Source: an uncultured Gammaproteobacteria bacterium (lineage in GTDB: Bacteria; Pseudomonadota; Gammaproteobacteria; Steroidobacterales; Woeseiaceae). Taken from it: a DNA stretch of 64,000 bases. A model generated the notes under the pieces. The model ran no database searches. It was not told the DNA's origin and saw only the letters and a list, made by a program, of their open reading frames with translations. Both the position numbers and the translations under genes were made by a program. The stretch is taken from assembly GCA_913063505.1 (NCBI GenBank), contig CAJXYT010000001.1, forward strand, positions 7,345-71,344, in the 5' to 3' direction. Positions 9,982 through 21,445 of the stretch are shown piece after piece (the first letter of the stretch is position 1; every line of letters starts with the position of its first letter).

Positions 9982-10914
9982 TTACTTCGTGGATTCGCGA
10001 ATGAACTTCACCGGATTAACCCGGCTGCCGTTATGCAGCACCTCAAAATGCAGATTCGGGCCAGTAGCGCGCCCAGTTTTACCCATCAGAGCAACAATCT
10101 GCCCTTTCTTGACCTCATCTCCGACCGACACAAGGTTTTGTAAATTATGCGCATAGCGAGTCGAATACCCGCTACCATGATTGAGCTCCACCATGAGGCC
10201 ATATCCATATCGGTCAGCAGACCACGTAACGATTCCATCGGCCACGGCCGCAATTTCTGCGCCACTTTTACCCGCAAAATCGATGCCGGTATGAATCGCT
10301 GCCTTTCCGGTGAACGGATCAGTTCGCTTGCCGAAATAAGAAGAAATCCAACCCGCACTGACAGGTCGACCTTGTGGGTAAACGCGATCTTTAAGGTTTT
10401 GGTTCATTAGCACGCTTTCGAGAACGTCGAGTTGCGCTTCACGATTGCTGAGTTGTTCGCCGAGCAAATTCATTGCATCAGGCATTTCGAGAACGGCGAC
10501 GTTCGAGCCTGCTGACATCGGTTCTTCCGGTCCACCAACAGCTGGGTTGGAGTCAAAATCAAATTCGCCGTCGTCAATATTCGCCATATCGATCAACCGG
10601 CGACCCAGTGCATCCAGGCGAATCATGCGAGCGTTCATTTGTGCAACACGAATGGACAGCGCGTCCAACGTATCTTCGTTTTCCTGGCGGATAGTGTTAA
10701 TGCTGGTGCGCTGCTCGTCCAACTTACCAGTGAGTCCCTGAAATTCCTCTAAACTTACTCCAGACCCAGTGCGTAACGCATGCCATGAGCCAACCGCAAA
10801 ACCTGCACTTACTATGAGTGCAGCAACGACGGCTATAGACAGACCAGCCGTCACGCCAGTCAAGCTCACCTGCCGAGGTGATCTGAACCCCTTACCAAAA
10901 ATAACTACATTCAT
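9982..10914 (-). CDS. M23 (LytM-domain) metallopeptidase with N-terminal membrane anchor and coiled coil
   Basis: HTGIDFAG...GYGLMVELNHGSGYSTRYAHN...GPNLHFEV are LytM zinc-site motifs. A hydrophobic N-terminal segment is present. Confidence 0.88.
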   Translation of the reverse strand: MNVVIFGKGFRSPRQVSLTGVTAGLSIAVVAALIVSAGFAVGSWHALRTGSGVSLEEFQGLTGKLDEQRTSINTIRQENEDTLDALSIRVAQMNARMIRLDALGRRLIDMANIDDGEFDFDSNPAVGGPEEPMSAGSNVAVLEMPDAMNLLGEQLSNREAQLDVLESVLMNQNLKDRVYPQGRPVSAGWISSYFGKRTDPFTGKAAIHTGIDFAGKSGAEIAAVADGIVTWSADRYGYGLMVELNHGSGYSTRYAHNLQNLVSVGDEVKKGQIVALMGKTGRATGPNLHFEVLHNGSRVNPVKFIRESTK

Positions 10915-11221
10915 TTAGTACGCCCTAGACGCGCCTCTATCGATCGCATCGGTGTTGTGCAAGTTGCGAAGTCACGGACCATTAGTCCGCATTCACTTGT
11001 TCCTGTTGTTACAAACTTGCTATCCAAGCTCACTCCAGTAGCCCCGCTGCTTTAGGAGTTTCCCGTAGACCGGTGGATTTTCGACCCCGCTTTTCAACGG
11101 GTATACCTTTATCGAGAGCGAAACTATGCATAATGTCGGAAATCATTACAAGGCGAGGCTCCGGGAACGGCGACCTTGATCACCTGAAAGAGGATAGAAG
11201 CGCCAACTGCGTCACATTATC

Positions 11222-11521
11222 ATGACCATCAGCAAACTCAAGAATCTTCTAAATCCTAGTAATGACGGGGACTTAGGTGATCTCATTAACCGTGCTCGAC
11301 GCATGGGAGAACTCACCGACGTTCTCAGTAATGCTCTGCCTGAGTCCGACAGAAGTGCCATTGTTGCCGCAAATGTCAGGGAAGATGGTGAGTTGGTGGT
11401 TATATGTGCTTCATCAGCGTGGGCGTCACGCTTACGTTATGAAACTGAAGTTTTGCTTGCAGCAGCAAAAAAAGCGGGCGTCACGGCTCATACCTGCCGA
11501 ATTCGGGTTAGTCAGAATTAG
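11222..11521 (+). CDS. DUF721 (DciA-like) small protein
   Basis: 99-aa ORF between lpxC and the secA region, where Pseudomonas-type genomes carry a DUF721 gene. The C-terminal pattern ELVVICASSAWASRLRYE resembles that family. The assignment is from memory of the family. Confidence 0.55.
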   Translation: MTISKLKNLLNPSNDGDLGDLINRARRMGELTDVLSNALPESDRSAIVAANVREDGELVVICASSAWASRLRYETEVLLAAAKKAGVTAHTCRIRVSQN

Positions 11522-11524
11522 ACA

Positions 11525-12433
11525 TCAAGCGTATAACGCAGTCGCGTACGAAATGGGCACTTTGTTTGAGTCGTCGAAGGTAACCACTTCCCACGCACTT
11601 TCATCTTCGAGCATCGCTCGAAACAATTTGTTGTTTAGATCGTGACCCGACTTGTACGCACGAATTTCACCAACGAGGTTGTGGCCAAGCAAGTAGGCAT
11701 CACCAATCACATCGAGAATCTTGTGAATGACGAATTCGTTCGCATAGCGAAGGCCATCTTCATTAAGAATGCGGTAATCATCAAGAACGATGGCGTTATT
11801 CATACTGCCACCCAGGGTGAGATTTTGTTCGCGCAAAGCCTCTACATTGCGTAAGAAACAAAAGGTCCTTGCCCGACTAACTTCCTTAAGAAAAGACGTC
11901 GATGAGAAATCGATTGTCGCTTGCTGACTTAGTTTATTAAAGACGGGGTGATTGAAGTACACCTCAAAGTCCACCTTAAAACCATTAAATGGCAATAGCT
12001 CGACCCACTTATCGCCATCCTCCACGCGTATTTTTTTCTTGATCCGAATTAGTTTTTTGGCTGCGTTTTGTTCTTCGATTCCAGCAGACTGCAGGAGAAA
12101 AACAAATGGTCCAGCGCTACCGTCCATAATCGGAACTTCGGGTCCCGACAGATCGACGTTCAGGTTATCGATACCAAGACCCGCCAGTGCCGACAATAAA
12201 TGCTCCACTGTCGCAACTTTGACGCCATCTTTTACCAGCGTCGTGCCAAGCATGGTTTCACCGACCAGCTGTGGATCAGCTGGTATAGCGACCGGCTCTT
12301 CCAAGTCAACGCGATGAAAAGTAATACCTGCATTGACGGCTGCCGGCCGCAAAGTCATGTAGACCTTCTCGCCCGTGTGCAGTCCAACTCCGGTAGCCCG
12401 AATCGTTGTTTTTAAAGTTCGTTGTCTTAGCAT
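11525..12433 (-). CDS. lpxC: UDP-3-O-acyl-GlcNAc deacetylase
   Basis: [24 protein letters not shown] matches the E. coli LpxC N-terminus ([21 protein letters not shown]). Start trimmed from 12472 to 12433. Lies downstream of ftsZ. Confidence 0.96.
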   Translation of the reverse strand: MLRQRTLKTTIRATGVGLHTGEKVYMTLRPAAVNAGITFHRVDLEEPVAIPADPQLVGETMLGTTLVKDGVKVATVEHLLSALAGLGIDNLNVDLSGPEVPIMDGSAGPFVFLLQSAGIEEQNAAKKLIRIKKKIRVEDGDKWVELLPFNGFKVDFEVYFNHPVFNKLSQQATIDFSSTSFLKEVSRARTFCFLRNVEALREQNLTLGGSMNNAIVLDDYRILNEDGLRYANEFVIHKILDVIGDAYLLGHNLVGEIRAYKSGHDLNNKLFRAMLEDESAWEVVTFDDSNKVPISYATALYA

Positions 12434-12545
12434 TGCGCGGCGAAGATTATCATAATTGGGGTCATCTTCCAAAAAGTCTTATAAATTCAATCTATTAGAA
12501 AATTGACATGCGGCATAAGCCAAGAAGTTTATCCTCGAAGTCAAG

Positions 12546-12592
12546 CAGGTAGCTAGCCCGGACGAATCCGGGCTAGCAAGCGGAATTACCTG
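12546..12592 (-). other. Strong stem-loop in the ftsZ-lpxC spacer
   Basis: Perfect 10-bp stem GCTAGCCCGG-acgaat-CCGGGCTAGC (12552-12577), extended by an outer CAGGTA/TACCTG pairing (12546-12551 with 12587-12592). There is no U-tract on the minus strand. Confidence 0.5.
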
Positions 12593-12627
12593 CCCCAGGC
12601 AGTCAGATTAACTGGACTACAATGACC

Positions 12628-13770
12628 TTAGTCAGCTTGGCGGCGCAGGAACGCTGGAATATCCAGCAACTCTTCCTGCAGACCGTTCGCTTCCAGTCTA
12701 TCGCCAACAGCGCGTTGTCGTTGCACCGTCGGCTTATCCAGCGTCTGGTAGTTAGGTTCGGCTTGAGTGACCGGCGGACGCACAATACGCATCGGTGATT
12801 CGGCGTTGGCTGACTGGTGGCCGAGACCCGTTGCGACAACCGTTACGCGGATGCGATCAGTCATTTCTGGATCAATAACCGTACCGATAACGACCGTAGC
12901 ATCGGGTGATGTGTATTCCTTCACCGTGTTACCAACTTCCTGAAACTCGCCGATCGACAAATCCTTACCTGCCGTAACGTTTACTAGGATGCCGTTCGCA
13001 CCTGCCAAGTTAATGTCTTCAAGCAATGGACTGGACGCTGCGGCTTCGGCCGCTTCCCGAGCACGACCCTCACCCGACGATGTACCTGATCCCATCATTG
13101 CCATACCCATTTCAGACATTACTGTTCGCACGTCTGCAAAGTCGACATTGATCAGGCCCGGTCGAGTGATCAGTTCGGCAATGCCTTGAACCGCACCTTG
13201 TAACACCTGATTTGCCGAACGGAAAGCGTCGAGCAAAGTTGTCTCACCACCAAGAACAGTAAGCAACTTCTCATTCGGAATAGTAATAAGCGAATCGACA
13301 TACTTGCCGAGTTCCGCGATACCATGATCCGCGATTTGCATGCGTTTACTACCTTCCATCTCGAAAGGTTTGGTAACAATTGCGACCGTCAGAATGCCGA
13401 GTTCCTTGGCAACCTGCGCAACGATCGGTGCGGCCCCTGTTCCAGTGCCGCCGCCCATGCCGGCTGTGATGAACAGCATATCCGCGCCCTCGATAACCTC
13501 GAGAATACGATCACGGTCTTCCATTGCCGCCTGACGGCCAATGTCAGGATCAGCGCCAGCGCCGAGTCCCTTCGTAATATTGCAACCGATCTGCAATGAC
13601 GTTCGCACGCGCGATCCTTGCAGCGCTTGCGAGTCTGTGTTGGCACAGATGAAATCGACACCTTCGATGCCGGTTTCAAGCATGTGCGCTACTGCATTAC
13701 CACCGCCACCACCGACACCGATGACTTTGATGACAGCAGTCGAGCTATGCGCATCCATTAATTCAAACAT
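12628..13770 (-). CDS. ftsZ: Cell division GTPase FtsZ
   Basis: [10 protein letters not shown] tubulin signature and the C-terminal [11 protein letters not shown] peptide. Confidence 0.98.
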   Translation of the reverse strand: MFELMDAHSSTAVIKVIGVGGGGGNAVAHMLETGIEGVDFICANTDSQALQGSRVRTSLQIGCNITKGLGAGADPDIGRQAAMEDRDRILEVIEGADMLFITAGMGGGTGTGAAPIVAQVAKELGILTVAIVTKPFEMEGSKRMQIADHGIAELGKYVDSLITIPNEKLLTVLGGETTLLDAFRSANQVLQGAVQGIAELITRPGLINVDFADVRTVMSEMGMAMMGSGTSSGEGRAREAAEAAASSPLLEDINLAGANGILVNVTAGKDLSIGEFQEVGNTVKEYTSPDATVVIGTVIDPEMTDRIRVTVVATGLGHQSANAESPMRIVRPPVTQAEPNYQTLDKPTVQRQRAVGDRLEANGLQEELLDIPAFLRRQAD

Positions 13771-13811
13771 TGAGTTTTCCTCCGCTTTTTAAACTTGTGA
13801 TACTTCTATTA

Positions 13812-15050
13812 TTAAAATTGGCCTTGGAACCACGATTTTATGTACTCCCAAATTTTCCCTAAGTTGCCACCGATCGGTGTACTGCGCCGATCCCGGCGTG
13901 AAATATTTTCAAAACCGTATAGCAATAAACCAACACCTGTGGCGTGGATCGGATTGCGTATGACATCAATCAGTCCTTCAACATATTGTGGTGACCCGAG
14001 TCGCACGGGCATATGGAATACCTCTTCCGCGAGCTCCACCGCACCTTCCATTTTTGCGCTGCCGCCGGTGATAACTATGCCGGCCGCGATCAGTTCTTCG
14101 AACCCGCTACGACGCAACTCATCTCGAACCAACCCAAAGAGTTCTTCGTAGCGGGGTTCGACAATTTCAGCGAGTGTTTGACGGGCCAGTCGCCGTGGCG
14201 GACGTTCGCCGACACTTGGGACTTCGATCGTTTCGTCCGGATTGGCCAGCTGCGACAACGCGCAGGCATACTTAATTTTTATCTCTTCCGCGTATTGCGT
14301 CGGCGTTCGCATCGATACAGCAATATCATTGGTAACCTGATCGCCCGCGATCGGTATGACCGCTGTATGTTGGATGGCACCGCCAAGGAAAACGGCTATA
14401 TCAGTGGTGCCGCCGCCGATATCCACGACGCAGGATCCAAGCTCCTTTTCATCGTCTGTCAGAACTGCGTAACTGGACGCCAGCTGCTCAAGGACGATGT
14501 CGTCAACTTCGAGGCCACATCGTTTCACGCACTTAACAATATTCTGTGCGGCACTTTCGGCGCCGGTGACCATGTGCACTTTCGCCTCAAGACGAACACC
14601 CGACATGCCGATGGGCTCGCGAATACCCTCCTGGTTATCGATGACAAATTCCTGCGGAAGGATGTGCAATATCTTCTGGTCAGCAGGGATAGCCACTGCA
14701 CGAGCGGCATCGATCACTCTATCGACATCGCTGGCACTAACTTCGGAGTCTCTGATCGCAACGATACCGTGCGAATTGAGACTGCGAATGTGGCTGCCCG
14801 CGATTCCCGTATATACCGAGTGAATATCGCAACCTGCCATCAGCTCCGCTTCCTCCACGGCGCGTTGAATCGAATGCACCGTTGACTCGATGTTGACGAC
14901 AACACCTTTCTTCAGGCCGCGTGAAGGGTGCGTACCAATTCCGACGATCTCTATTTCGCCGTCTTCATTCACTTCGCCAACAATCGCCACCACTTTCGAG
15001 GTGCCAATGTCGAGTCCGACAATCAGATTTTTGTCAGGTCGTTTAGACAT
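13812..15050 (-). CDS. ftsA: Cell division protein FtsA
   Basis: 412-aa actin-fold ORF (VGLDIGTSKV, DIGGGTTD) between ftsQ and ftsZ. Confidence 0.97.
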   Translation of the reverse strand: MSKRPDKNLIVGLDIGTSKVVAIVGEVNEDGEIEIVGIGTHPSRGLKKGVVVNIESTVHSIQRAVEEAELMAGCDIHSVYTGIAGSHIRSLNSHGIVAIRDSEVSASDVDRVIDAARAVAIPADQKILHILPQEFVIDNQEGIREPIGMSGVRLEAKVHMVTGAESAAQNIVKCVKRCGLEVDDIVLEQLASSYAVLTDDEKELGSCVVDIGGGTTDIAVFLGGAIQHTAVIPIAGDQVTNDIAVSMRTPTQYAEEIKIKYACALSQLANPDETIEVPSVGERPPRRLARQTLAEIVEPRYEELFGLVRDELRRSGFEELIAAGIVITGGSAKMEGAVELAEEVFHMPVRLGSPQYVEGLIDVIRNPIHATGVGLLLYGFENISRRDRRSTPIGGNLGKIWEYIKSWFQGQF

Positions 15051-15878
15051 TCAATTCATTCCTCTGGCCGCAAGCATTTCCTGCCTGGCCCTTTCTGGAT
15101 CACTTACCGGTGTCGGCGAATCACCTTTCCAGCCAATCGTGAAGCCGTTTCCGTATCGCATATCGACATAGTCGATTTCCTTTCCGCGGCTGGTAATGAT
15201 GCCCGCGACAACATTAAGAAAAAGGTCCGTTCGATCGGCAACAGCTTTTCTACCCAAGCGAACATCAATTCCATTGCCGAGAGTCATTCCCCAAGAGCCA
15301 CGCGCATCGAGGTGAACTCGGCGAACGTCCAACCCCCTTAGAATCAGTTGTTCGCGAACCGCCAGATAGCGTGCAGCAACTTCGGCAGAACTAGCATCTG
15401 GTCCACTGAGTCTCGGCAACTCAGCTGGCACGTGGCGTGACTTGTCAATAAATAATTCACCGCGCGTATTCAGAAGACCGTTGTCACCCCACACTGCAGC
15501 GGGAACCTGCTCGGTGACGATGATCGATATTCGATTTGGCCAGCGGCGAGCGACACGTGCCTGATCGATCCATGGCAGCGCAACGATCAAATCCTGAATC
15601 CGATCGATATCGGCACCAACGAAACCAGCGTCGATCTCTTCGCTTATGGCATCTTCAATATGCAAAGCAGTGACTCGCTGAAATGGTCCGCTGATTTCGA
15701 TGGACGTGATCTCTCTGTCGAGCATCGTGATGCTCAACTGGTAGATAGCTAACACCACGGTGATTGCGAAAAACGGTGCGAGTATCTTGCCTATTCGAAT
15801 CTTCGGCAGCTGCATGCGTGGCGTGGCTTTCTTCTTACGTTTCTTGGCTTGATTACGCACCATATGCGGCCACCTCAA
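15051..15878 (-). CDS. ftsQ: Cell division protein FtsQ
   Basis: Basic N-terminus, a single TM segment and a POTRA-like region. Its position between ddl and ftsA fits. The start is uncertain (alternative Met codons at 15863 and 15815). Confidence 0.88.
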   Translation of the reverse strand: MRWPHMVRNQAKKRKKKATPRMQLPKIRIGKILAPFFAITVVLAIYQLSITMLDREITSIEISGPFQRVTALHIEDAISEEIDAGFVGADIDRIQDLIVALPWIDQARVARRWPNRISIIVTEQVPAAVWGDNGLLNTRGELFIDKSRHVPAELPRLSGPDASSAEVAARYLAVREQLILRGLDVRRVHLDARGSWGMTLGNGIDVRLGRKAVADRTDLFLNVVAGIITSRGKEIDYVDMRYGNGFTIGWKGDSPTPVSDPERARQEMLAARGMN

Positions 15879-16884
15879 CGTTGTTTTCTACTTGGCCAGC
15901 GACAAAGCTCGTTTCCAGAATTCTCCAACACAACTCTGCAAAATCGATGCCATCTCGTTGTGCCGCCATCGGCACAAGACTGTGACTTGTCATGCCCGGC
16001 ACTGTATTCACTTCAAGTACTAGCGGCTGGCCGTCTGAGCCAGTCATAAAATCTACCCGACCCCAACCACTGCAACCCAATTCGTCGAATGCGGCAATAG
16101 CAAGATCCGCATAGCGTTGTTCCTCGGCGTCACTTGAGGTCCCTTTACAAACATATTCCGTGCGATCAGATTCGTATTTGGCGCGGTAGTCGTAAAAAAC
16201 ACGCGGTGTAACGATTCGAATGCTCGGCAATGCCTGACCCTGAAGAACCGACACGGTAAATTCGTCACCGTTGATACACTTCTCGATAAGCACTGTGTCG
16301 CCGTACAACAGCGCCACGTCAAAAGCTTTGTTGAGTTCCGGCCGCTCGAACACTTTTGACATGCCAACACTGGAACCCTGCCGCGAGGGCTTGATGATCA
16401 GGGGAAATCCGATCTGCTCGGCCGCGACGGAGGCCTCCGCAAGAGACCGCGCGACGGCATAATCAGGTGTCGGTATACCAGCTGCGCAAAATAGATGTTT
16501 GCTTCGTACTTTATCCATAGCGATAGCTGATGCCATTACGCCACTTCCTGTATACGGAACGTTCAACCATTGCAACGCACCTTGCAGCGTGCCGTCTTCA
16601 CCACCGGGGCCATGTAACGCTATCCAGACTCGATCGAATCCAGCGTCGCCGAATTCAGCCATCGATTTCTCGGCAGGATCCCAAGCGTGCGCATCAACAT
16701 CCTTCGATTGCAGCGCCTTTAGCACTGCCGCGCCGCTATTAAGCGATACTTCCCGCTCGCTGGAATCGCCACCAAGCATAACCGCAACGCGCCCGAAATC
16801 GGATGCGTCTGTAATCAGACTGCGTTGCTCAAATGCCTCCATGGACTTAATCATCGAGTCGCTCCCCGACGATGCATACTTCAT
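15853..16884 (-). CDS. ddl: D-alanine--D-alanine ligase
   Basis: GGDSSEREVSLNSG and an ATP-grasp core. The start is uncertain (alternatives at 16854 and 16842, which reduce the overlap with murB). Confidence 0.94.
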   Translation of the reverse strand: MKYASSGSDSMIKSMEAFEQRSLITDASDFGRVAVMLGGDSSEREVSLNSGAAVLKALQSKDVDAHAWDPAEKSMAEFGDAGFDRVWIALHGPGGEDGTLQGALQWLNVPYTGSGVMASAIAMDKVRSKHLFCAAGIPTPDYAVARSLAEASVAAEQIGFPLIIKPSRQGSSVGMSKVFERPELNKAFDVALLYGDTVLIEKCINGDEFTVSVLQGQALPSIRIVTPRVFYDYRAKYESDRTEYVCKGTSSDAEEQRYADLAIAAFDELGCSGWGRVDFMTGSDGQPLVLEVNTVPGMTSHSLVPMAAQRDGIDFAELCWRILETSFVAGQVENNVEVAAYGA

Positions 16885-17749
16885 GTATCAAACTCACTCC
16901 ATGTTCGTCGATTACTGTCTGTCGAACATGTTCGATAAGTTCTTCAATATCCGTTGCTGAGGCATTCTCTCGATTGATGATGAAGTTTGCATGCTTTTCG
17001 GAAACCTCTGCTCCGCCGATTCGACAACCTTTCAACCCTGCAGCTTCAATAAGGCGTGCCGAATGATCACCCTTTGGATTCCTGAAAACTGATCCGCAGC
17101 TTGGTAGTCCTAGCGGTTGCGTCATCTTTCGACGCTCCAACATCATATTCATGTTATCAAGGTTAGGCTTAGCATCCGCGTCAAAGTGGAATGTCGCACC
17201 CAGAAACCACTCGTTTGCTGGGCCAGTCACGCTACGGTAGCCAACCGCGTATTCACCTGGTGTTCGTTCGTGAATATCGCCGTTACGATCAATCGTTCGC
17301 ACCGATTCGACGTGCTTCCAGGTTTCTCCACCGTACGCACCAGCATTCATTGCAAGCGCACCACCGACAGTCCCTGGTATGCCAGCGAAAAACTCTGACG
17401 GCCCCAACTCCCATCGAACACATTGTCGCGCCAACTGTGTACAAGGCAATCCAGAACCAGCACTTACAAGGTAATGATCCGTGCGCTCGAGGTTGCGCAA
17501 AATCTTAGTCGCTGACACGACAACACCTGGCAAGCCACCATCACGAACCAAGAGGTTGCTGCCAACACCATGCCAGAAAATGGGTGTGTCTGCGTCCAGC
17601 TCTCTGAGGAATTCGGAGAGATCTGTGATGCTAGCTGGTACAAAGAAGATCTCCGCAGGGCCGCCCGCACGCCACGACGTATGTCGACTCATCGACTCTT
17701 CGTAGCGCAACTCACCTTGCACACTTAAGTCTCTTGCGGCAGCCATCAT
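16847..17749 (-). CDS. murB: UDP-N-acetylenolpyruvoylglucosamine reductase
   Basis: 300-aa FAD-binding MurB pattern ([23 protein letters not shown]). Has an ATGA overlap with murC. Confidence 0.94.
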   Translation of the reverse strand: MMAAARDLSVQGELRYEESMSRHTSWRAGGPAEIFFVPASITDLSEFLRELDADTPIFWHGVGSNLLVRDGGLPGVVVSATKILRNLERTDHYLVSAGSGLPCTQLARQCVRWELGPSEFFAGIPGTVGGALAMNAGAYGGETWKHVESVRTIDRNGDIHERTPGEYAVGYRSVTGPANEWFLGATFHFDADAKPNLDNMNMMLERRKMTQPLGLPSCGSVFRNPKGDHSARLIEAAGLKGCRIGGAEVSEKHANFIINRENASATDIEELIEHVRQTVIDEHGVSLIHEVCIVGERLDD

Positions 17750-19170
17750 TTGTACACCTTCAATGCCGGCCCTTCATTGATCAGATCGGGAAGTTTCGCC
17801 GCATAAGCGCCGATGTCACCCGCGCCCATGGTCAGTAAAAGATCATCGTCCTCCAGCAAGTCCAGCAGAACCGGTTGCAAGGCATCAAACGACTCAATGA
17901 ACACCGGCTCGACAGATCCACGCGTTCGAACGGCGCGAGCCATTGCTCGCCCATCGGCGCCAGCGATGGGCTCTTCACCCGCTGCGTAGACGTTAAGCAA
18001 TACCAACACATCAGCATCAGAGAGTACGGTCGCAAAATCATCCATTAAGTCACGAGTTCGCGAGTAACGGTGTGGCTGAAAAACTAGAACGACACGCTTA
18101 TCAGGCCATCCCGACCGCGCCGCCGATAAGGTTGCCGCGATTTCTGTTGGGTGGTGGCCGTAATCATCAACCAGCATCATGGTGCCGGCTGCAGTTTTGA
18201 TATCGCCCATGCGTTGAAAGCGCCGATCAATTCCCTCGAACTCTTCGAGTGATTTTGCAATAGCATCGTTACCGATCTGCAATTCGTTAGCTACAGCGAT
18301 TGCTGCTAGGGCATTACGCACGTTATGCATTCCCGGCAACTGAAGCTTGATATGCAAACTATCTTCGCTGGATTTTCTTACAACATCGAACTCAGTAGTT
18401 GCTGCATCAAAGATGATATTGATCGCGCGAACATCGGCGTCTTCGTTCATTCCATAAGAGGTTATCGAACGGCCGATATCGGCGAGTACATCGTTAACGC
18501 CCGGATCGTCAATGCAGACAACTGCCAGGCCATAAAATGGCAAGTTACGCAGAAACTCAATGAAGCCACTTTTTAGTTTTTCGATATCGCCATCGTAGGT
18601 CGACATATGGTCTGCATCGATGTTGGTCACAACCGCGAGCATCGGCTTCAGATGAACAAACGACGCATCACTCTCGTCTGCCTCCGCGACCAGATAGTCG
18701 CCCTGTCCCAGCCGAGCATTCGCATCCGCACTCTTCAGTCGGCCACCAATTACAAAGGTCGGATCGAGACCGCCTTCGGCCAACACACTGGCAATCAAAC
18801 TAGTCGTAGTCGTCTTACCATGTGTACCGGCAACCGCGATCGAGTATCTGAAGCGCATAAGCTCAGCCAGCATTTCTGCCCGACTGACGACTGGCATCAG
18901 TTGCTCTCTGGCAGCAGCAACTTCGGGGTTGGTTTCATCGACCGCGCTGGAAACAACTACGGCATCAGCATCTTGAATGTTGTCAGAAGCGTGACCAATG
19001 AATACGGTGGCACCTTGATCTTCAAGGCGCTTTGTCTGTTTATTCGGCTTCAGATCAGAGCCCTGCACTGCATATCCGAGGCTTAACATCACTTCTGCGA
19101 TACCCGACATGCCAGAGCCGCCAATACCAACAAAGTGTACGCAATGGATGCGCCGCATTTTCTTAATCAT
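17746..19170 (-). CDS. murC: UDP-N-acetylmuramate--L-alanine ligase
   Basis: [16 protein letters not shown] and GTHGKTTTT motifs. Start trimmed to MIKKMRRI (19170), giving an ATGA overlap with the murG stop. Confidence 0.95.
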   Translation of the reverse strand: MIKKMRRIHCVHFVGIGGSGMSGIAEVMLSLGYAVQGSDLKPNKQTKRLEDQGATVFIGHASDNIQDADAVVVSSAVDETNPEVAAAREQLMPVVSRAEMLAELMRFRYSIAVAGTHGKTTTTSLIASVLAEGGLDPTFVIGGRLKSADANARLGQGDYLVAEADESDASFVHLKPMLAVVTNIDADHMSTYDGDIEKLKSGFIEFLRNLPFYGLAVVCIDDPGVNDVLADIGRSITSYGMNEDADVRAINIIFDAATTEFDVVRKSSEDSLHIKLQLPGMHNVRNALAAIAVANELQIGNDAIAKSLEEFEGIDRRFQRMGDIKTAAGTMMLVDDYGHHPTEIAATLSAARSGWPDKRVVLVFQPHRYSRTRDLMDDFATVLSDADVLVLLNVYAAGEEPIAGADGRAMARAVRTRGSVEPVFIESFDALQPVLLDLLEDDDLLLTMGAGDIGAYAAKLPDLINEGPALKVYK

Positions 19171-20255
19171 GAGACACCTCCAGCTTGTTCGAGGCACAGC
19201 TCGGTTATGCGAGACAATGAATCGGATTTTGCCAATGCGCGCGCCTTGTTCGCTTTTTCCAATAGAGCTGAGCGCGACTGCAACCAGTCGCGCAGCAAGT
19301 CCGCCAGCAGCTCCGGTGTCAATTCACTTTCTTGAATAATTGCGGCTGCGCCTGCTGTAGTCATCGGCTTCGCGTTTGCGGTTTGATGATCATCAACGGC
19401 TGTTGGATAAGGAACGAATAGTGCCGGTACTCCGGCGGCGCACAGTTCAGCAACCGTTAACGCGCCGGCCCGACAAACCACCAAGTCTGCCCATTCATAA
19501 ACGGTGGCCATGTCCTCAATGAATGGCAACAATTCAACATCGACATCGTGACTGATATAGGCCTCTTCGGCCGCTTGTAATGTCCGCTCACCGCATTGGT
19601 GACGAACGATCGGTCGAACCTCAGGACCAAGCAACCCGAGTCCGGCGGGCACTGTCTGATTCAGTGCTAATGCGCCCTGACTGCCGCCTAGCACCAGTAG
19701 GCGCATGCGACCCTGCCTGCTGCTGTAACGATCGGCAGGCAGCGGCAATGCAGCAATATCTTCGCGAACCGGATTACCCACAGTTTCCGCGACAACATCG
19801 GCATTAAAGCTGTCCGGGAAGGCCTGCAGCACAACCTGAGCAAAACGCGCCAAAAGACGGTTAGTCATTCCTGCTGCTGCATTTTGCTCGTGAATCAGGA
19901 GGGGCCGACGAGTCAACCAAGCGGCAACACCACCGGGCCCACTTGCGAATCCACCCATGCCAAGAACCGCAGCAGGACGACGACGAATCATCACGGCGAG
20001 AGCTTGGAGTAACGCCCAGCCAAGTTGCAATGGAGCGATAATCAAAGCGAGCGCACCCTTTCGGCGCAGACCCTTCACGCTAATCCACTCCATATCGATT
20101 CCGGCCTCAGGAACAACGCGCGCTTCCAATCCACGACGCGTTCCAAGCCATACAATTTCTCGTGAGCTCGCCTGCAGCGCGCGTGCAACGGCTAGAGCCG
20201 GATACACGTGGCCACCTGTTCCACCTGCCATGATGAGTATTGGTCGCGAGCTCAT
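19167..20255 (-). CDS. murG: Lipid II-forming GlcNAc transferase MurG
   Basis: [19 protein letters not shown] motif. Start trimmed to MSSRP (20255), overlapping the ftsW stop. Confidence 0.95.
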   Translation of the reverse strand: MSSRPILIMAGGTGGHVYPALAVARALQASSREIVWLGTRRGLEARVVPEAGIDMEWISVKGLRRKGALALIIAPLQLGWALLQALAVMIRRRPAAVLGMGGFASGPGGVAAWLTRRPLLIHEQNAAAGMTNRLLARFAQVVLQAFPDSFNADVVAETVGNPVREDIAALPLPADRYSSRQGRMRLLVLGGSQGALALNQTVPAGLGLLGPEVRPIVRHQCGERTLQAAEEAYISHDVDVELLPFIEDMATVYEWADLVVCRAGALTVAELCAAGVPALFVPYPTAVDDHQTANAKPMTTAGAAAIIQESELTPELLADLLRDWLQSRSALLEKANKARALAKSDSLSRITELCLEQAGGVS

Positions 20256-21445
20256 GATGTCTTGCTCCACTCACGACGTTTACGATTTACAGGCTTGGCG
20301 TTGACCGCCAGCTCATGATGAATGCGAAGCAGTAACGCAATGCAGATCATCGTTATGATCAGACTGCTGCGCCCATAACTGATTAGCGGGAGCGTCAAAC
20401 CCTTGGTCGGTAGCATGCCCATGTTTACGCCGATATTGATGAATGCCTGAATTCCAAGCCAGGTTCCAAGACCTATCGCGATGTATGCCTCAAAGAACCG
20501 CTCCGCATCCGCAGCGCGCATGGCGAGTTTGAATACACGCCAAAGTAGTGCCAGGAACAATGCAATCAATACAAGTGAACCCAGTAAGCCGAACTCCTCC
20601 GCATACACTGCAAAGACGAAGTCGGTATGCGCTTCGGGCAGGTAAAAAAGCTTCTGTACGCTGTCGCCAAGACCTACACCAAGCCATTCACCGCGACCGA
20701 TAGCGATGAGTGACTGGGTTAGCTGGAAGCCAGAATCATATGGATCAGCCCAGGGATCGAGAAAGCCAGTGATACGCTGCATTCGATATGGCGCTGCCAT
20801 GACAAGAGCCACTAGTGCTAGCACCGCAGTTACAAAGAATACTAGAAAATCACGAATTCGTGCGCCAGCGACGAACATCATGGCCATCGCCGTAGCCAGC
20901 AGAACTACGGTGGCACCGAAGTCCGGCTCTGCCAGCAGTAAGGCACACGCTAGACTCAGGACGATCATTGGCCGCAGAAAGCCCGTGAACTCCTCGCGCA
21001 ACGACTTGTTACGTCTCACTAGATATCCGGCAAGATAGAGAATAAAGCAGAGCCTCGCGGGCTCTGACACCTGAAGATTCATCACGCCAAGTCGCACCCA
21101 ACGAGTGCTGCCATTCACCTCATGGCCAATTCCCGGTATGAGAACGGCCATCAGAAGCATGAAGCCAACAAACAAAATCAGTGGACCGAGGCTGCGCCAA
21201 AGCTGCATAGGAATGAACAAACAGATAAGCCCGGCCGCCGTGCCAATCGCAGCTGCAACCAGCTGCCGTTGTATATAGAAGAAAGGATTGTTCGCCGCAC
21301 TGTTGGAGATTGATATCGACGCTGACGCGAGAATCACAAAGCCGCCCATCAGTAGCGCCATCGCGATGGTCAGCAATACAGAATCAATTTGTAATGCTGT
21401 TTTCATGCGCGCCGGGAATGGCCAGGTTGCGCTGCGAATCGTCAT
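20252..21445 (-). CDS. ftsW: SEDS-family peptidoglycan polymerase FtsW
   Basis: 397-aa polytopic SEDS protein lying between murD and murG. Confidence 0.94.
   Translation of the reverse strand: MTIRSATWPFPARMKTALQIDSVLLTIAMALLMGGFVILASASISISNSAANNPFFYIQRQLVAAAIGTAAGLICLFIPMQLWRSLGPLILFVGFMLLMAVLIPGIGHEVNGSTRWVRLGVMNLQVSEPARLCFILYLAGYLVRRNKSLREEFTGFLRPMIVLSLACALLLAEPDFGATVVLLATAMAMMFVAGARIRDFLVFFVTAVLALVALVMAAPYRMQRITGFLDPWADPYDSGFQLTQSLIAIGRGEWLGVGLGDSVQKLFYLPEAHTDFVFAVYAEEFGLLGSLVLIALFLALLWRVFKLAMRAADAERFFEAYIAIGLGTWLGIQAFINIGVNMGMLPTKGLTLPLISYGRSSLIITMICIALLLRIHHELAVNAKPVNRKRREWSKTS

Noticed and set aside
14013-14885. A 290-aa ORF antisense to ftsA. Similar long antisense ORFs lie at 24659-25300 (murF), 53449-54060 (acylase) and 58976-59659 (gap/tkt).
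   Set aside because: They lie wholly inside well-supported genes on the opposite strand and have no recognisable motifs or RBS. Their composition is odd (Arg/Ser/His-rich). Stop-codon depletion in the antisense frame of strongly codon-biased genes is a known artefact. I treat them as non-coding unless ribosome profiling shows otherwise.
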